Part shown: one piece after another, positions 1 through 14,074 of the stretch | Numbering within the stretch: the stretch's first letter is position 1 | How the letters are laid out: each line of letters starts with the position of its first letter | Assembly: GCA_964016885.1 (NCBI GenBank) | Contig: OZ024745.1 | Coordinates: 37,448,001 to 37,512,000 of the forward strand | Origin: Eledone cirrhosa | Lineage: Eukaryota | Length of the DNA stretch: 64,000 nucleotides | Reading direction: 5' to 3' | The notes under the pieces: model-generated | Told to the model about the DNA's origin: nothing | Seen by the model: only the letters and a program-made list of their open reading frames with translations | The model's database searches: none | Translations under genes and position numbers: made by a program

Positions 1-39
1 TGAACACTTCATTCTTGCTCTTATGTTAACATGCGAACA

Positions 40-89
40 GAACTTCAGACACTAATGTTTCGGTGTATCAGCCTTCATCAGCACAGCTC
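40..89 (-). ncRNA. Type I hammerhead ribozyme motif (PLE terminal-repeat type)
   Basis: Minus strand reads gagctgtg-CTGATGA-a-gg(ctgataca)cc-GAAA-ca(ttag)tg-TC-tgaagttc. Intact CUGAUGA, GAAA and GUC core, 2-bp stem III plus tetraloop, stem I with G-U pairs and one mismatch. Confidence 0.7.
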
Positions 90-154
90 ACTGTTCACCT
101 GCCAAACTGTCAGAGCTAGTGAAAATATATGCTATTTTCAAAAATACACAGTGA

Positions 155-261
155 CTGATCGGCCTGATTTGCATATTAGCAGATTGGCTGATCAGTCAGA
201 TCTGCATATTAGCAGATCCACTGATCAGCCAGATTTGGATATCAGCAGACTGGCCAGTCAG
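155..261. repeat. 33-bp tandem repeat, about 3.2 copies
   Basis: Units of the ctgatcagccagatttgcatattagcagattgg type start at 155, 188, 221 and 254. Confidence 0.85.
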
Positions 262-570
262 TTTCCTGTATACGAGCGATAAATGGCCGGCTTTGCCAAA
301 TTCAAATAAAAAAGAAAATTTCGCTCTACATGGAAACATTAGTGTCTGCAGTTCTGTTCGCATGCCAACATAAGAGCAAGAATGAAGTGTTCATTCTACT
401 GACATGGCTATAAAATTGAGGCGTTTGCATAATTGCAAACGATTCGAATGTTATTATTAATATTCGAAAAAAAGTAGAAACAATAAAGAAAAAGTAGAAA
501 CAATTATTAATATTCGAAAAACTAAGACTACATTTATTGTATTCAGCCATGTAGAGCGAAATTTTCTTTA

Positions 571-632
<62 letters not shown>

Positions 633-669
633 ATGACAAATTACTACAGTTTCCATTTAAATTTCAATC

Positions 670-790
670 ATAATGGATTGGTCAACCCGTGGCTATAGTG
701 AGTAACACTTGTCGAACCTGTACGCGGATGGGCTAAACTTGAACCTGCGTGGTTGTGAAGCTAACTCCTTAACTACGCAGTTATGCATGC
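670..790 (-). mobile_element. tRNA-derived SINE fragment (family A)
   Basis: Similar to copies at about 39480-39605(-), 53585-53690(+) and 62235-62390(+): tRNA-like head followed by a caagtg...ctatagcc...gacc body. Confidence 0.5.
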
Positions 791-909
791 GTCTATTGTT
801 TAACTTAAACCATAATGTTTTCTCTTTTTGCTTTATTATTTCCGTTCCACCTTCATTTGCTCTCTGGATTATCTTTCCGTTCATTTAAACATCATTTCTG
901 TATATTTAG

Positions 910-1120
910 AGGCACTTAGTCAGTGGGTTAGTGTTTTGGACTCGTCATCATAGGGTTGTGGGTTGGATTCGTAGACCAAGCAGCATGTTGTGTTCTTGAT
1001 CAACATGTTTTAATTTTCGTGGCACTTCTTAATAGGAGTTGCGCCCGACTGATAAAAATCAACAATGGATAGACCAATAGAAACATTGTTGTCTTGGTCC
1101 GATCTAATGGTCGGTAACTT
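910..1120 (+). mobile_element. tRNA-derived SINE with CORE-like body (family B)
   Basis: A-box/B-box-like head (agtgggttag...ggttggattc) and tgttcttgatcaac CORE-like segment. The 3' part matches 49330-49410 and 22440-22525 in reverse complement. Confidence 0.6.
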
Positions 1121-1629
1121 TCCTATATACAACATCTTCTCTTATCGATAATTTACTGTTGTTTTTTTTCTTTTTTACTTTTTTTACTTCTTTCTTCGAC
1201 TGCATATATCGATAATCAACAGGTTAGGTTCGAAAGTACTGTGGACATAAATATAATTAACAGTTTAGTCTGGACAAGCGGTTGGGCATTTTAGGATAGT
1301 CTTACAATATGTGCGCCCTTTCTGATAGTTATGCACCCCTTTCATCCAAATGAAATAATTTCAACTTACATTTTGGCTAGCTGAAGAATCTAGAATTTGA
1401 TACTTCTTGCTCTGACCACAAGAAAAAAAAAATAAATGATTAAACCTGCAATTTCTACTGAACAGTCCACATTCACCTACACCAATGTTCCACTTTGTAT
1501 ATTTCCAAAACATCGCTACGCGCTTTAGTGATTTATGTTCTGATCGTAGGAAATTATTATATATTTGATTTATTTGTACAATTTTGTATAAAAATGTGAT
1601 CCTTTCAGGTTTAGTAATGCGTCTCTCTG

Positions 1630-1916
1630 AGGTGTGCACCCTAGTTGCTTACCTAGCTGACTTTTGTTAGATATCTGCTCATGAAAATAGCGTGTACCTG
1701 GCTGAGACTTCAAGAACCATAAACATAATACTTAGGAAGATTCAGCATGACAGAGAATGTGACAAGGTTGATACTTGGAAAATTTTCAATTCATTTTTAC
1801 CCTCTGGAACAATGAGAAACAAACTTTATTACTCAAAGGTAAAACACGTCGCTTGGTCAGGGAATCGAACGCATGATCTAACGATTGTGAGACGAGAACT
1901 TTAACTACACAGCCAC
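1630..1916 (-). mobile_element. tRNA-derived SINE
   Basis: The reverse complement of 1850-1916 has A/B boxes (gttcgattccc). The body resembles 42720-42960. Confidence 0.55.
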
Positions 1917-2029
1917 AACTACACTCCTCGATAACCCAATGGGAATGTTTAATTCATAGTCGAGATTTTTCCACTAAGTCGTTCACGTTTGTTGGTTTCT
2001 TAAACCCAATAAATAACAAACTAATTAAC

Positions 2030-2420
2030 AAATGTTTCTCACAATATATACTGATAAGTGAAAAGTAATTTTATTTATGGAATATATCATGTAAATACAG
2101 TTTAATAGAAAAAGAATGTAAATACAATTTAATAGAAAAAGAAAAAAAGAAAATTTAGATTAAGTAGAATGGAATGTAAAATAGGAAAATATAAAGAAAA
2201 AAGAGAAAAAGAAAAAAAAAACGGAAAGGGGGGGGGGGGGAATGGCAAGAACTCTTGTATCACAGAAGAATGGTGAAGGAGGATTGGGCTCCGGGCCTAG
2301 GGCGCGGTGGTAAAGGAGATGCGCACCGCGGACAATGGCTATCGATACCCGCTTCTTCCTCAGACAGATCGCGGACGTTCGGGTCTTGCAGAGGAGCTCG
2401 ACTGTAGCAAACAAGACTTA
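2030..2420 (-). mobile_element. 3' fragment of an RLE-type non-LTR retrotransposon
   Basis: Minus-strand peptide LCKTRTSAICLRKKRVSIAIVRGAHLLY resembles the S-x-A-x-x-R-G C-terminal helix of restriction-like endonuclease LINEs. It is a GC-rich island followed by a pyrimidine-rich UTR. Confidence 0.4.
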
Positions 2421-2840
2421 CCACTCGGTCTGGTAATATGGTATACAGACAAGACAGAGTAGTTGTGAAGTTAGCTTCGCAAGCATGAATTTCTGGGTTC
2501 GTGTGTGTGTGTGTGTAAAAGGGGGGGGGGGTTGAAAGTTTTGTTTGAAACGTAGAGGAGTTAGGAATGCTATATTGTTCCAAACAAAGCGAAAAAGACT
2601 AAGGGAATAACACACCAGACTAAACTTGATCGCAATCGTGTCTTAAATGTGGCATGTTTGAAAGAAAATACCTTCCAAGTTTACATAAATACACAAGCAA
2701 CATATGCACAAACATGTACGAGTGTGTGTGTGTGTGTGTGTAAATACGGACACATATTTATATATCATACATATATATGTATTATGTATATATTCATGTA
2801 TTTATATATATATGTAATTGTAGAAATCAGTACATATGTA

Positions 2841-2879
<39 letters not shown>

Positions 2880-2996
2880 GTGTGTTTAACTTTTTTCTTT
2901 ATGCAAACGCGACCTGCAGAAGAATGAATAGAATTATGAAAGCTTAGGTGCAGAATCATGTAGCATGTAAACATGCTGAATATACACACACGCAGA

Positions 2997-3039
<43 letters not shown>

Positions 3040-3094
3040 GTGTGTGTGTGTGTGTGTGAGTGTGTGTGTGTATGTGTGTGTGCATGTATGTGAT

Positions 3095-3156
<62 letters not shown>

Positions 3157-3589
3157 TGAGTGAGTCTACGTTCGTATGTGTGTGTTTATATACAAAACGT
3201 GATATGGGAGGAGAATAGGGAACATATCAGTGACTAGGTGACTAACTCGAAAGACAACCGGAAAGCCAAATCGACAAAGTACATACGTGGAACTATATAA
3301 TATAAGCAAATGTTTAGAGGCAAGCAAACATAACACATATTATCCATAATGGACTTTCTTCAGATGTATACTGACGCAATACGCGCAGTATTCAGTATTT
3401 CAACGTAGATCAAATAACTTGGACGGAGATTTTAAAAGAAGTCTAATTTACAGTGCACGTGGTTTTGTAAGCAGCCGAGCCGATTCCCCTTCACCAGAAC
3501 ACACTAGCGCGTCGTCTTCTTTACAAAGCTTGGCTCACGGTTCGATCGGGGCAGTTTTATGTGTCATGCATGCCTAATTACATGAAATA

Positions 3590-3727
3590 AAACTGTTCAA
3601 ACAAAATTTGATTGAGGCACGCCCTTTTTATGTCTCTATTATCTAACAATCTATACGCGTATGTATATATACATGTACAAATGCATATATACATAAATAT
3701 GTGTGTGTATATGTGAGTCTGTACAAG

Positions 3728-3759
<32 letters not shown>

Positions 3760-3820
3760 CATACATGCATACATATACACACACACTTATATGTTTGCAT
3801 CTATCTATATTTATATACAC

Positions 3821-3888
<68 letters not shown>

Positions 3889-4000
3889 GTGTGTGTGTGT
3901 GTGTGTGTATACGCGCGTTTGTGCGTGCGTGTAGAACTGTTCAAACAAAATTTGATTGAGGCACGCCCTTTCTATGTCTCTATTATCTAACACTCTCTAC
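3590..4000. repeat. ~70-bp direct repeat flanking a TA/CA microsatellite
   Basis: aactgttcaaacaaaatttgattgaggcacgccctt.tatgtctctattatctaaca occurs at about 3591 and 3935. Confidence 0.85.
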
Positions 4001-4479
4001 GTGCACACAAACACACACACATATATATATATAGACACACACGCACACTGTGATGGAACATCCATGCCTCAAACAGAGAGTATTCGGTACCGATGTCAAC
4101 GTTAAATATATCATTATAAGGAACATAAAAACAATAAGACGCTACTCTTGTTCCATGTCAACCAGGTGAATGAATCTTTAACACCGAGCAAACAGAAATC
4201 CACGTTTACCAGAGACTTTACAATCTTTTCTATTATGTAATTTTATTTAAAAAATTTTTTTTACGTATAATGTAACTAGCATAATTGACTGATCCTATGC
4301 ATGTCATAGAGAGAAGGTACTTATCAAATTAAGATGATATTTGTTAAATTCAGCAGGTAATTTTCAAAATGAATGGTGTTTCTGTAATTTGCAGTTTTGG
4401 AAGTTCAGAGAAATATACGATTTTTTTCTTTCTTTCTGTTATTCGTTAGTAAATACACTTTAATACACGATTTAAATCG

Positions 4480-4680
4480 CCTAGTCATATCTCACTCCCA
4501 GAAAACCCTCCTTTAAACAATGAAACCACCTGGGTTAAAAATTCCACCACCGAAGCTCTATTCGACGTATCTATGGGATTATTCAATAGCGCTGATGTAT
4601 GCAATGTGGTAGGATTATTCATCTTAGGCACATTAGACTCCAATACAGGTCAATACCGTGCCGTTAATCTGGACTTATAA
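4480..4680 (+). pseudogene. Penelope-like reverse transcriptase fragment
   Basis: Translates to NNETTWVKNSTTEALFDVSMGLFNSADVCNVVGLFIL, matching the PLE WVKK...FDVTMGSYDGAEVCELVGL pattern. Confidence 0.65.
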
Positions 4681-4723
4681 TTATCGAACCATAAAAGCGA
4701 AAACCTTAGTAAATACCTAATAA

Positions 4724-4890
4724 TGGATGTAGACCCCGAGCATGATGGTTGGATAACATCCATGAGATTGGCTGGACTCGCTTGGGGATCCAGCCAGCTC
4801 AGTTGGAGACGTTTGCTTCTGATAGTGTTTGAGGACTATGCCCACACGACCTTCTCAGGAATAAGTGGGCGAAGAAGAAGAAGAAGAAGA
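4724..4890 (+). mobile_element. RTE-clade LINE 3' end with (GAA)n tail
   Basis: Homologous to 26400-26720(-) and 41830-42230(+). Ends in gaagaagaag. Confidence 0.65.
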
Positions 4891-5935
4891 ATGACAATAT
4901 CTCTATTTTAGATTGTCCATTCATATTACTGCATTATAATATATACGTGAAATATGCATACTTTTTTCATATTGATTGGTTTCTCGTTTTCGTTGCATAT
5001 ATTAATGTATACCGCTTACTTATTCAAGCTGACTATATTAACACTTTTATACCAAACCGTTCTACGATACTCAACTGTTTAATTTAAAATGTTTATATAT
5101 ATATATATATGTAAAATTGTCCATCAAAATTGTATGTATATTGTTCACAACGACAGCTTAAAAATGACACCATGTAGCTAAATCCCAATAAATTCTTGAT
5201 TGTTTTCGAAAAATCATTAGAATTTTCGTATGGATACTACTTGACGACACTAAGATTAATTTTATATGTTGCCTTTCATGCAAAAGCTCTTTTATCAGAG
5301 AATGATGAGGGGAACAGTGATTTTGTATAGCCCACTTAATAAAAATCCTTCTTTTTAAGCCACTGATGAATTGAACTCTATCAGTCAATTTTAGTACTAC
5401 ACCTCAACAAGAAATACATGTATCTCTGAGTTAGAATATTAATGTATGTATGTGCATTTCAATATAACAATACCACTATTTTAGACACTCCATTCATATT
5501 AGTGCATTATAACATATATTCTGAATATGGATATATTTTCATATATTAATGCCATAAAGCTCATTTCTCCATATTGATCTTATTAATATTAATTTCGTTG
5601 TTTTGAGCACCCTGTAAACTTCTTACCTGCTAATTGGTCCATATAAAAACTTCTTTACGATATATAGCCGAATTTTGTATAGTTGTCTCCCTTTTAAAAA
5701 AATAGAGGAAATAAAAAACGTTTTTTTAGTAGCCATTGATGAAGAGAAGTGTATCAGTTTTACTGTTGTACTGCAGCTAGAAACACACGTGTGTGTGGGT
5801 TAAAATATTAATGTATTTATGTTACAATGAATATGACAATGTCTCTACTCTAGACTGTACCCTTTGTTTTAATACATAATATATACTCAGAGCTTGGACA
5901 TTTTCTCATACACATTGATTTCTCTGCTAAAGATT
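4891..5935. repeat. Three diverged copies of a ~100-150 bp unit
   Basis: atgacaatatctctattttaga...cattataatatat...ttttcatat-like blocks at about 4891, 5464 and 5833. Confidence 0.6.
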
Positions 5936-5997
5936 TTTGAACAAAGAAGTAATTTTATTGCGTTTGCGAGATGTTATTTCATATATTAATATTAATC

Positions 5998-6115
<118 letters not shown>

Positions 6116-6129
6116 CTCTCTCTCTCTCT

Positions 6130-6282
6130 GTATCCCGGGTTCAATCGGGGGTAACCACAGTAAGTAAGGTACTCAATGCATATCAGATTATACATATTTA
6201 ATATAGTACAGGACTAGAACTGTTTCATTCGAAAGAATGATGATTTTCCTTCGAATGAAACAGTTCTAGTCCTCTAGAACCC

Positions 6283-6290
<8 letters not shown>
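6130..6290. mobile_element. Short element with a perfect 24-bp hairpin between (TC)n and (TA)n tracts
   Basis: 6210-6233 (aggactagaactgtttcattcgaa) is the exact reverse complement of 6250-6273, with a 16-nt loop. Confidence 0.5.
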
Positions 6291-6335
<45 letters not shown>

Positions 6336-6405
6336 GACGTACCCATGAAAATCATACCTTATCGGTTGGAAATTTACTGGACAGTATAGGAAATTCACTA
6401 TCCAG

Positions 6406-6563
<158 letters not shown>

Positions 6564-6834
6564 TTCACTCCCTGATTAAATAATGTTCTTCCAGTATTGT
6601 TTATCTTAATTTATTAAGATGGTCAATATTGTCTCTTGGTTCGAGAAACTGCCGCCAGGTAATGGATGTGAGTAAAGCTTTCTTGCATTTGTTGGCTTCA
6701 CTAGTAATCTACGTGTCGTTAACTCACTAAGTTAACCTATTCTATATTTACATGCTTCTCTGATTTAGATACATTTCAGCTATCATTTCATTGAGCTGTT
6801 CAGTATATTAATGACAAATAACCTTCTCTTTCTT

Positions 6835-6943
<109 letters not shown>

Positions 6944-6977
6944 ATCTATCTCTCTCTCTCTCTATATATATATATCT

Positions 6978-7032
<55 letters not shown>

Positions 7033-7106
7033 CACATGCATACGAACACTCACTCATATCTCCCTCATATGAACACACCTATACACACAAGCACATACAC
7101 AAACAT

Positions 7107-7155
<49 letters not shown>

Positions 7156-8546
7156 GCTAGCGAAACTGTTTGCAATTTATAATTATAATTATAGTCATTA
7201 TCACCCATTCAGAAATGTGGTGAAAAAAATATATCTACCTGAATTAAAATTATGTATTTTGTTTTACAATTTTAGAGATAAATATCGATTTGAATGTAAG
7301 ACTCGATATTGCTGACTTGCTTATAATGTAACAGTCACGATGGAACAACACCAATACATGCTTTACTAAAAGATATCTATCATCATAAGCAATCAGCTTG
7401 TAAGAGACGAATTGGCAGGCTGTTTCCTTCATTTGTTGATTGCCATTGAGATCTCCATACTCGGTCACCGAACTGCCGTTTTCATTGGCCCATATGAGAG
7501 GAGTTCATCTCGCCTGAGGAACCCTGTGAGGTGGAATGGCTAATGCAGTGGGTTACTTGGCAATGTTTTTGACATCTTGGTCTCGGGGTGAAAATGAGAT
7601 GCACCATCCAGCCAAGAGGCTGCCTCCGTTTGCCCCCGTATTTTCCTCATTTTAATGTTTATTATATCTTCACCTCAGGGCCGGATTTAATGGTGCAGTG
7701 GCAAATGTGGCAATTGCCCCGGGCCCCTGTCGAGGAGCACCACACCAGCGACGGCAGTACCAATTTATTTGTGCCCTCAACTGGGATTTTTAGTTTTAGG
7801 ATGATTAGAATTTTTTAATTTAATACCTGTATATATAACTTTTCAATTCCAATTACTTGCGCCAAGCTAACTTTAATATGTAAAATTGGGTGGTTTGCTG
7901 TGTGTTCTAAATCCCAAGATCTAAATCCAACCCTGCTTCACCCCATGCTTTTTCGTCTTTAATCTTATTGTTTGTAAATATTTCCAATTGAATATGAAAT
8001 TTTAAATTAGCAGATTCGTTAGAGCATTGGATACATTGCTTTGCTGTAGTCATCCCGAATCTTTGACCTCTGAGTTCAAAAATCGTCTGGGCTCAACGTT
8101 GCCTTTCATCCTTTTGTGCTCTATAAATAAAATATTATTCCAACATTAAGGTTGTAGATTCTTTCACTATATTTCGTTCCCGAATTTTCTCTATTTCCTA
8201 TCTCTTGCTTTTTCTGCGTGATTTGACAGGATGAGTCATGGGCTTTGCAGGTTTAAATGTCAAGCGTCTATTCTCAATTTGCCAAAGCCTTGTAAGTGGA
8301 ATTTGATATACGGAAACCCGTTGGAAAAGACATGCAACTGCCTGATGGGAGCTGGAGATGACTGTTCCTGAGTGTAGTTGAAATGAGTCCAGCAAGCTTT
8401 GAGCAACAGTGACCATTGTAAGTAACGGTAGAAGTAGGGTGGGGCTACATCGGGTACAGAGGATGTCAGAAAGTAACCTTAAACCGATTAAATGAGTTGC
8501 TTTCTGAAGGGGGCAGTATTGGATGTCAGTGTAGTGTTCTTCTCTC

Positions 8547-8635
<89 letters not shown>

Positions 8636-9285
8636 GCGTGTGTGACATTAGTGATAATGGCAATAATTTTAAAGGAAGGCAAAGTATACATAGCTGAAAT
8701 ATAATTTGAATAATACTTAAATGGAGATATGCAACTCCGAAACTATTTCCATCTTATTACAGATATCCTCGGCGAAGGAAAGTTAAACTGTAACAACGAC
8801 TTAAATAACAGGATTTGCGCGAAAATTATTATTCTTAATATCTATCAATTCGGAAAGAGAAAAAGGAAAGAAGCCGATTTTCTAGCTCAATGTTGATATA
8901 TATATATTGGTCGCAACGCTTGGGATTTAGTGATTTTCCGGTGATAGTTTGAATTCAGAATGCCCAGAGTTGGAACAAATACAGCAAAATATTTCGCCCG
9001 AATCTTTAGCAATTCCGTCAAAATACGGCACTGGATTGGTACTTTATTTATCGACCACGAAAGGAGGAGGGTGATAGTTGACCCCAAAGATTTTAATTCA
9101 GAACACAGAAAGGGTTTCATCTAACGCCCTAATGACTTCCCAATTCACGGCCTAAACATGTCAAATAGAGTTATCACACACATATGCATATAATTGGGAT
9201 ATCATCTGTATGTATGTATAAACATATATGAGTGTGTTTGTTTGTTTTTATATAAATGTATATATGATAATGAATTATATACATT

Positions 9286-9330
<45 letters not shown>

Positions 9331-9399
9331 ACGTATAGGCAGATACATGTATATATTTGTTTGTATGTGGGACTGAAAACAAACATACACGCACACGAT

Positions 9400-10790
<1,391 letters not shown>

Positions 10791-11058
10791 GAAAAGGTGT
10801 TAAAATGTACAGAAAGAAGTGGGCAGCTAGTGAAAGGGATAAAAAGAATAGACGCAGTGTGAGTTACGAATTGAAAGTGTGCTAAGCTATTGGTGCACAC
10901 GTCCATGGCATATATATTCTAACTGCACAAACACGGAAATTACTCCCGTAGAGGTACTAACACCTGACAAAAGAGATAAATAGAAACATCACAAAGATAG
11001 AAGAAATGTGGATGGCTGAGAAAACACTTAGATAGACATTGTTAACTACCTACCACTG

Positions 11059-11149
<91 letters not shown>

Positions 11150-11167
11150 TATATATATATATATATA

Positions 11168-11304
11168 TAACGAAGGAAATGTGGTAAGGAACCAGGTGGA
11201 CCATAACGCACCAAAGTACTCAATACTTAGGGTAGTAGAGTGGGTAATAGGAACCAGTAAGACCCCGAAACGGCGTGAGCTCAGCCGTCGGGGTCTTACT
11301 GGTT

Positions 11305-11309
<5 letters not shown>
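11168..11309 (+). mobile_element. Palindrome-ended (TA)n-embedded short element, copy 1
   Basis: Body aacgaaggaaatgtggtaaggaaccaggtggaccataacgcacc...gtgggta is shared with 14941, 24611 and 35718. Perfect 22-bp arms at 11247-11268 and 11288-11309. Confidence 0.85.
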
Positions 11310-11333
<24 letters not shown>

Positions 11334-11341
<8 letters not shown>

Positions 11342-11720
11342 ATGCTTTGGGAGGGTCTTGCCAATAAGAAAGAGAGTTGCTAATAAGAAACACACGCACC
11401 AGTTGCTTTCAGTCCTACGTCTTGTTTGATGGCGTAGGTCAGAACAAATGAGAGGCACAAAACAAAGAAAAGAGTCCCCAGTCACTGAAGAGTCACAGAA
11501 TGTATGACGAAAGAACTTTGACAATATATGAACAACCGTCTGGTTATGGAACCAACCAACCAACCAACCGGAAATTTATAAAGTCTTAAATTTATGAATT
11601 TAATTTATAATAAATGGAGTGAATGCAACTGGTGCGTGTGTTTCTTATTGGCAACATGACCCTCCCAAAGCATAACAATATCGGTTTCAACACACGTTTT
11701 CAGATAAAGAATCTTGCTAA
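11334..11720 (+). mobile_element. Non-autonomous PLE-related element with inverted ends and an internal hammerhead
   Basis: 11334-11406 is inverted relative to 11625-11681. It shares gatggcgtag, gaaagaacttt and atgaccctccc-aag-ataacaatat with the 3' end of the adjacent PLE (14030-14310). Confidence 0.7.
11481..11522 (+). ncRNA. Minimal type I hammerhead ribozyme motif
   Basis: gtca-CTGAAGA-gtca(cagaatgta)tgac-GAAA-g(aa)c-TT-tgac: 4-bp stem I, 4-bp stem II, vestigial stem III. Confidence 0.7.
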
Positions 11721-11735
11721 ACAAATTCAGAAACG

Positions 11736-11824
<89 letters not shown>

Positions 11825-11893
11825 TATATATATAGTTAGCCAAGCAGACGCACTGCCAACAACCTCCAGGCGTCTAACAATGGCATACCACCC

Positions 11894-13203
11894 TTGTATG
11901 GGCTCCGCAAAGACCTCAAGACAGTCGACGACACGACAACCGGACCACCAACAAGACCCGTATGCGGAGCAAATATAGCTAGCAACTACAGGATCTCCTA
12001 CTTCCTCTCAGTGGTTATACGCCCCATAATCAAGATGTCCCCAGATGTATGTGACAGTACAGAGGACCTCCTCGGCAGAATCACTGAGTGGAACAAAAAC
12101 AGGAACCTATCCAACTGCTTAATAGTCAGTATGGATGTGGTATCACTGTACCCATCCATTAACATTGATTTTGCTGTGGCAAAATGTGTGAAGATGATCA
12201 TTGAGAGTGAGGTGGAATTCTGCGACGTCGACACAGACGAACTGGGCCTCCTACTTAGACTTACCTACGACACTGACTACCTAGACAGCCATTATCCTTA
12301 GACGTTTCTGCCCCAGTAGCCCCATAAGAGGTAGACCCCCCACCATAACCTCAATGGGTAAAAAGACTCCCATGGGAAGGTGGATTGGGTGGAACAAAGC
12401 TATACGGACCCCCCCAAAACAATCAGGTAAGAAAAATGGTCGCACATGCAATAGGAGCTAGTATCAAAACTACCCTAAAGGGCCACATATTCAAGTTCAA
12501 CGAGAAGATCTACACCCAAAATGAGGGAGCAGCCATTGGCGTCAGCATAGCTGGTGACGTTGCCAACCTTTTCATGGTATGGTGGGAAAGGAGACTTAAA
12601 GATCTCCTTAATGAGAGCTCCATAGACCTCATCATGTACTCTCGTTACGTAGATGATATCAATATAGTAATAAGAACATCCCCACAAGAGAGCACTAACA
12701 AGTTTGATTTAGAACGTAGCACAATGGAAAGCATCCAGCAGATAGCTAATCCCATGCACCAGAGTATAACTGTAACTATCGACTACTCTTCCAAACACCC
12801 TAACAATAGACTACCTGTATTAGACACGGAACTCTGGATTAACACTATAGACGAGAGAGCCCAAATTATCCACTCACACTATGCTAAACCCATGGCCTCC
12901 AAATACCTGATACTCAAAAACTCAGCAATGTCCAGTAGTGCTAAGTTTAATATTCTGATCGCAGACTTGGCACGAGTGATGAAGAACGTGTCCAGCATCT
13001 GCGACCCAACAGAAATGGAAAGACACATCCAACACTTCATCAACCGCATGCAGTTTTCTGGCTACAACCAAAGAGACAGAATCAGAGTATACGAAGGAGC
13101 CACGGAGAAGTATAAGACCCTCATAGAACTGGACATGAAAGGAATTTGCCCACTATACAGGAGCAAATCATGGAATAGCTTAATAGGGCTAAACATAAGA
13201 TAG
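11894..13203 (+). pseudogene. PLE reverse transcriptase (split ORFs 11894-12301 and 12385-13203)
   Basis: Catalytic YVDD and upstream D of SMDVVSLY. Frameshifts at about 12290-12410, where RGRPPTITS is recoverable in an alternate frame. Confidence 0.9.
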
Positions 13204-13247
13204 GGAAAGCCACCTCATGGTACGACAACTAGAGATACCAGAGTGTC

Positions 13248-13754
13248 ATGTTTGTGGACGCTACCCCTGGAGGGAAATTAGCTAACCAGTGTAGAAAGGC
13301 CCTGAGAAAGACCCACTTAAAGATTAAGGTTGTAGAAAAGCCAGGAACCACCATAAAATCCCTGATCAGAAAAACCTACCCTTTTAAGAAAACCCACTGT
13401 ACTAATAGGAAATGTATCATATGTAAAGTAAACCCCCGGATAAACTGTAAAACTAGAAACGTAGTCTATAGCATAAGATGTACAGATGGTACTTGCAGAA
13501 ACATGATAACAACATACATAGGCGAGACAGCTCGTAGCATAGGTGAAAGGATAGACCAACACTGGGGGGAACTAAAAGTACGAAAAAGCGGTTCAGTACT
13601 ATACGAACATGCCAGACAACAACACGACGGTAACATAGACAACATAGAAATTAGAATAATATCTAAACACAGAAATGACCCAGCAGATAGGCAAATCAGA
13701 GAGGCCAGTGAAATAGAACTTAGAAGGCCAAGGCTAAACAGAAAAAATGAATGA
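13248..13754 (+). pseudogene. PLE linker + GIY-YIG endonuclease domain
   Basis: Cys-rich CTNRKCIIC...NC segment, then NVVYSIRC...C...YIGETARSIGERIDQH...H...RQIREA...LN. Separated from the RT by a frameshift and stop. Confidence 0.9.
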
Positions 13755-14074
13755 AATAACAACAACACCCAAACAAACAACGCTGACCTAAGAGAAGTAT
13801 AAATAAATAAATAAATAAATAAATAAATAGATAAATAAATAAATACATACACAAGCACAATAACAACAAACACATACACACACACTAGTAAAGATAGAAT
13901 ACATTAACCAATACACAGTCACCCAAACACGAACACACATCAAACAAAACACTATACACACACGCAAACGCATGCGCAAAGAAGACAAAAACATAAACAA
14001 ATAAATAAATATATAAACAGACTAAATAAAGATGGCGTAGACATACGATGCAACGGGAGGAAACAATAGCACCA

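Larger units (their letters stand above)
1..572. mobile_element. PLE-type terminal-repeat element with interleaved inverted repeats, abutting (TA)n; extends beyond window start
   Basis: 1-61 is the reverse complement of 333-393 (3 mismatches). 312-333 is the exact reverse complement of 547-568. Contains the hammerhead at 40-89 and ends at the TA tract at about 575-630. Confidence 0.6.

Noticed and set aside
7677-7730. hAT-like terminus cagggccggattta (and Tc1-like ttttgagcaccctgta at about 5601-5616)
   Set aside because: No matching opposite TIR or TSD found.
13752-13754. TGA after RKNE as a selenocysteine codon
   Set aside because: The position corresponds to an expected Trp or the natural ORF end rather than a Cys, and the copy has other inactivating lesions.
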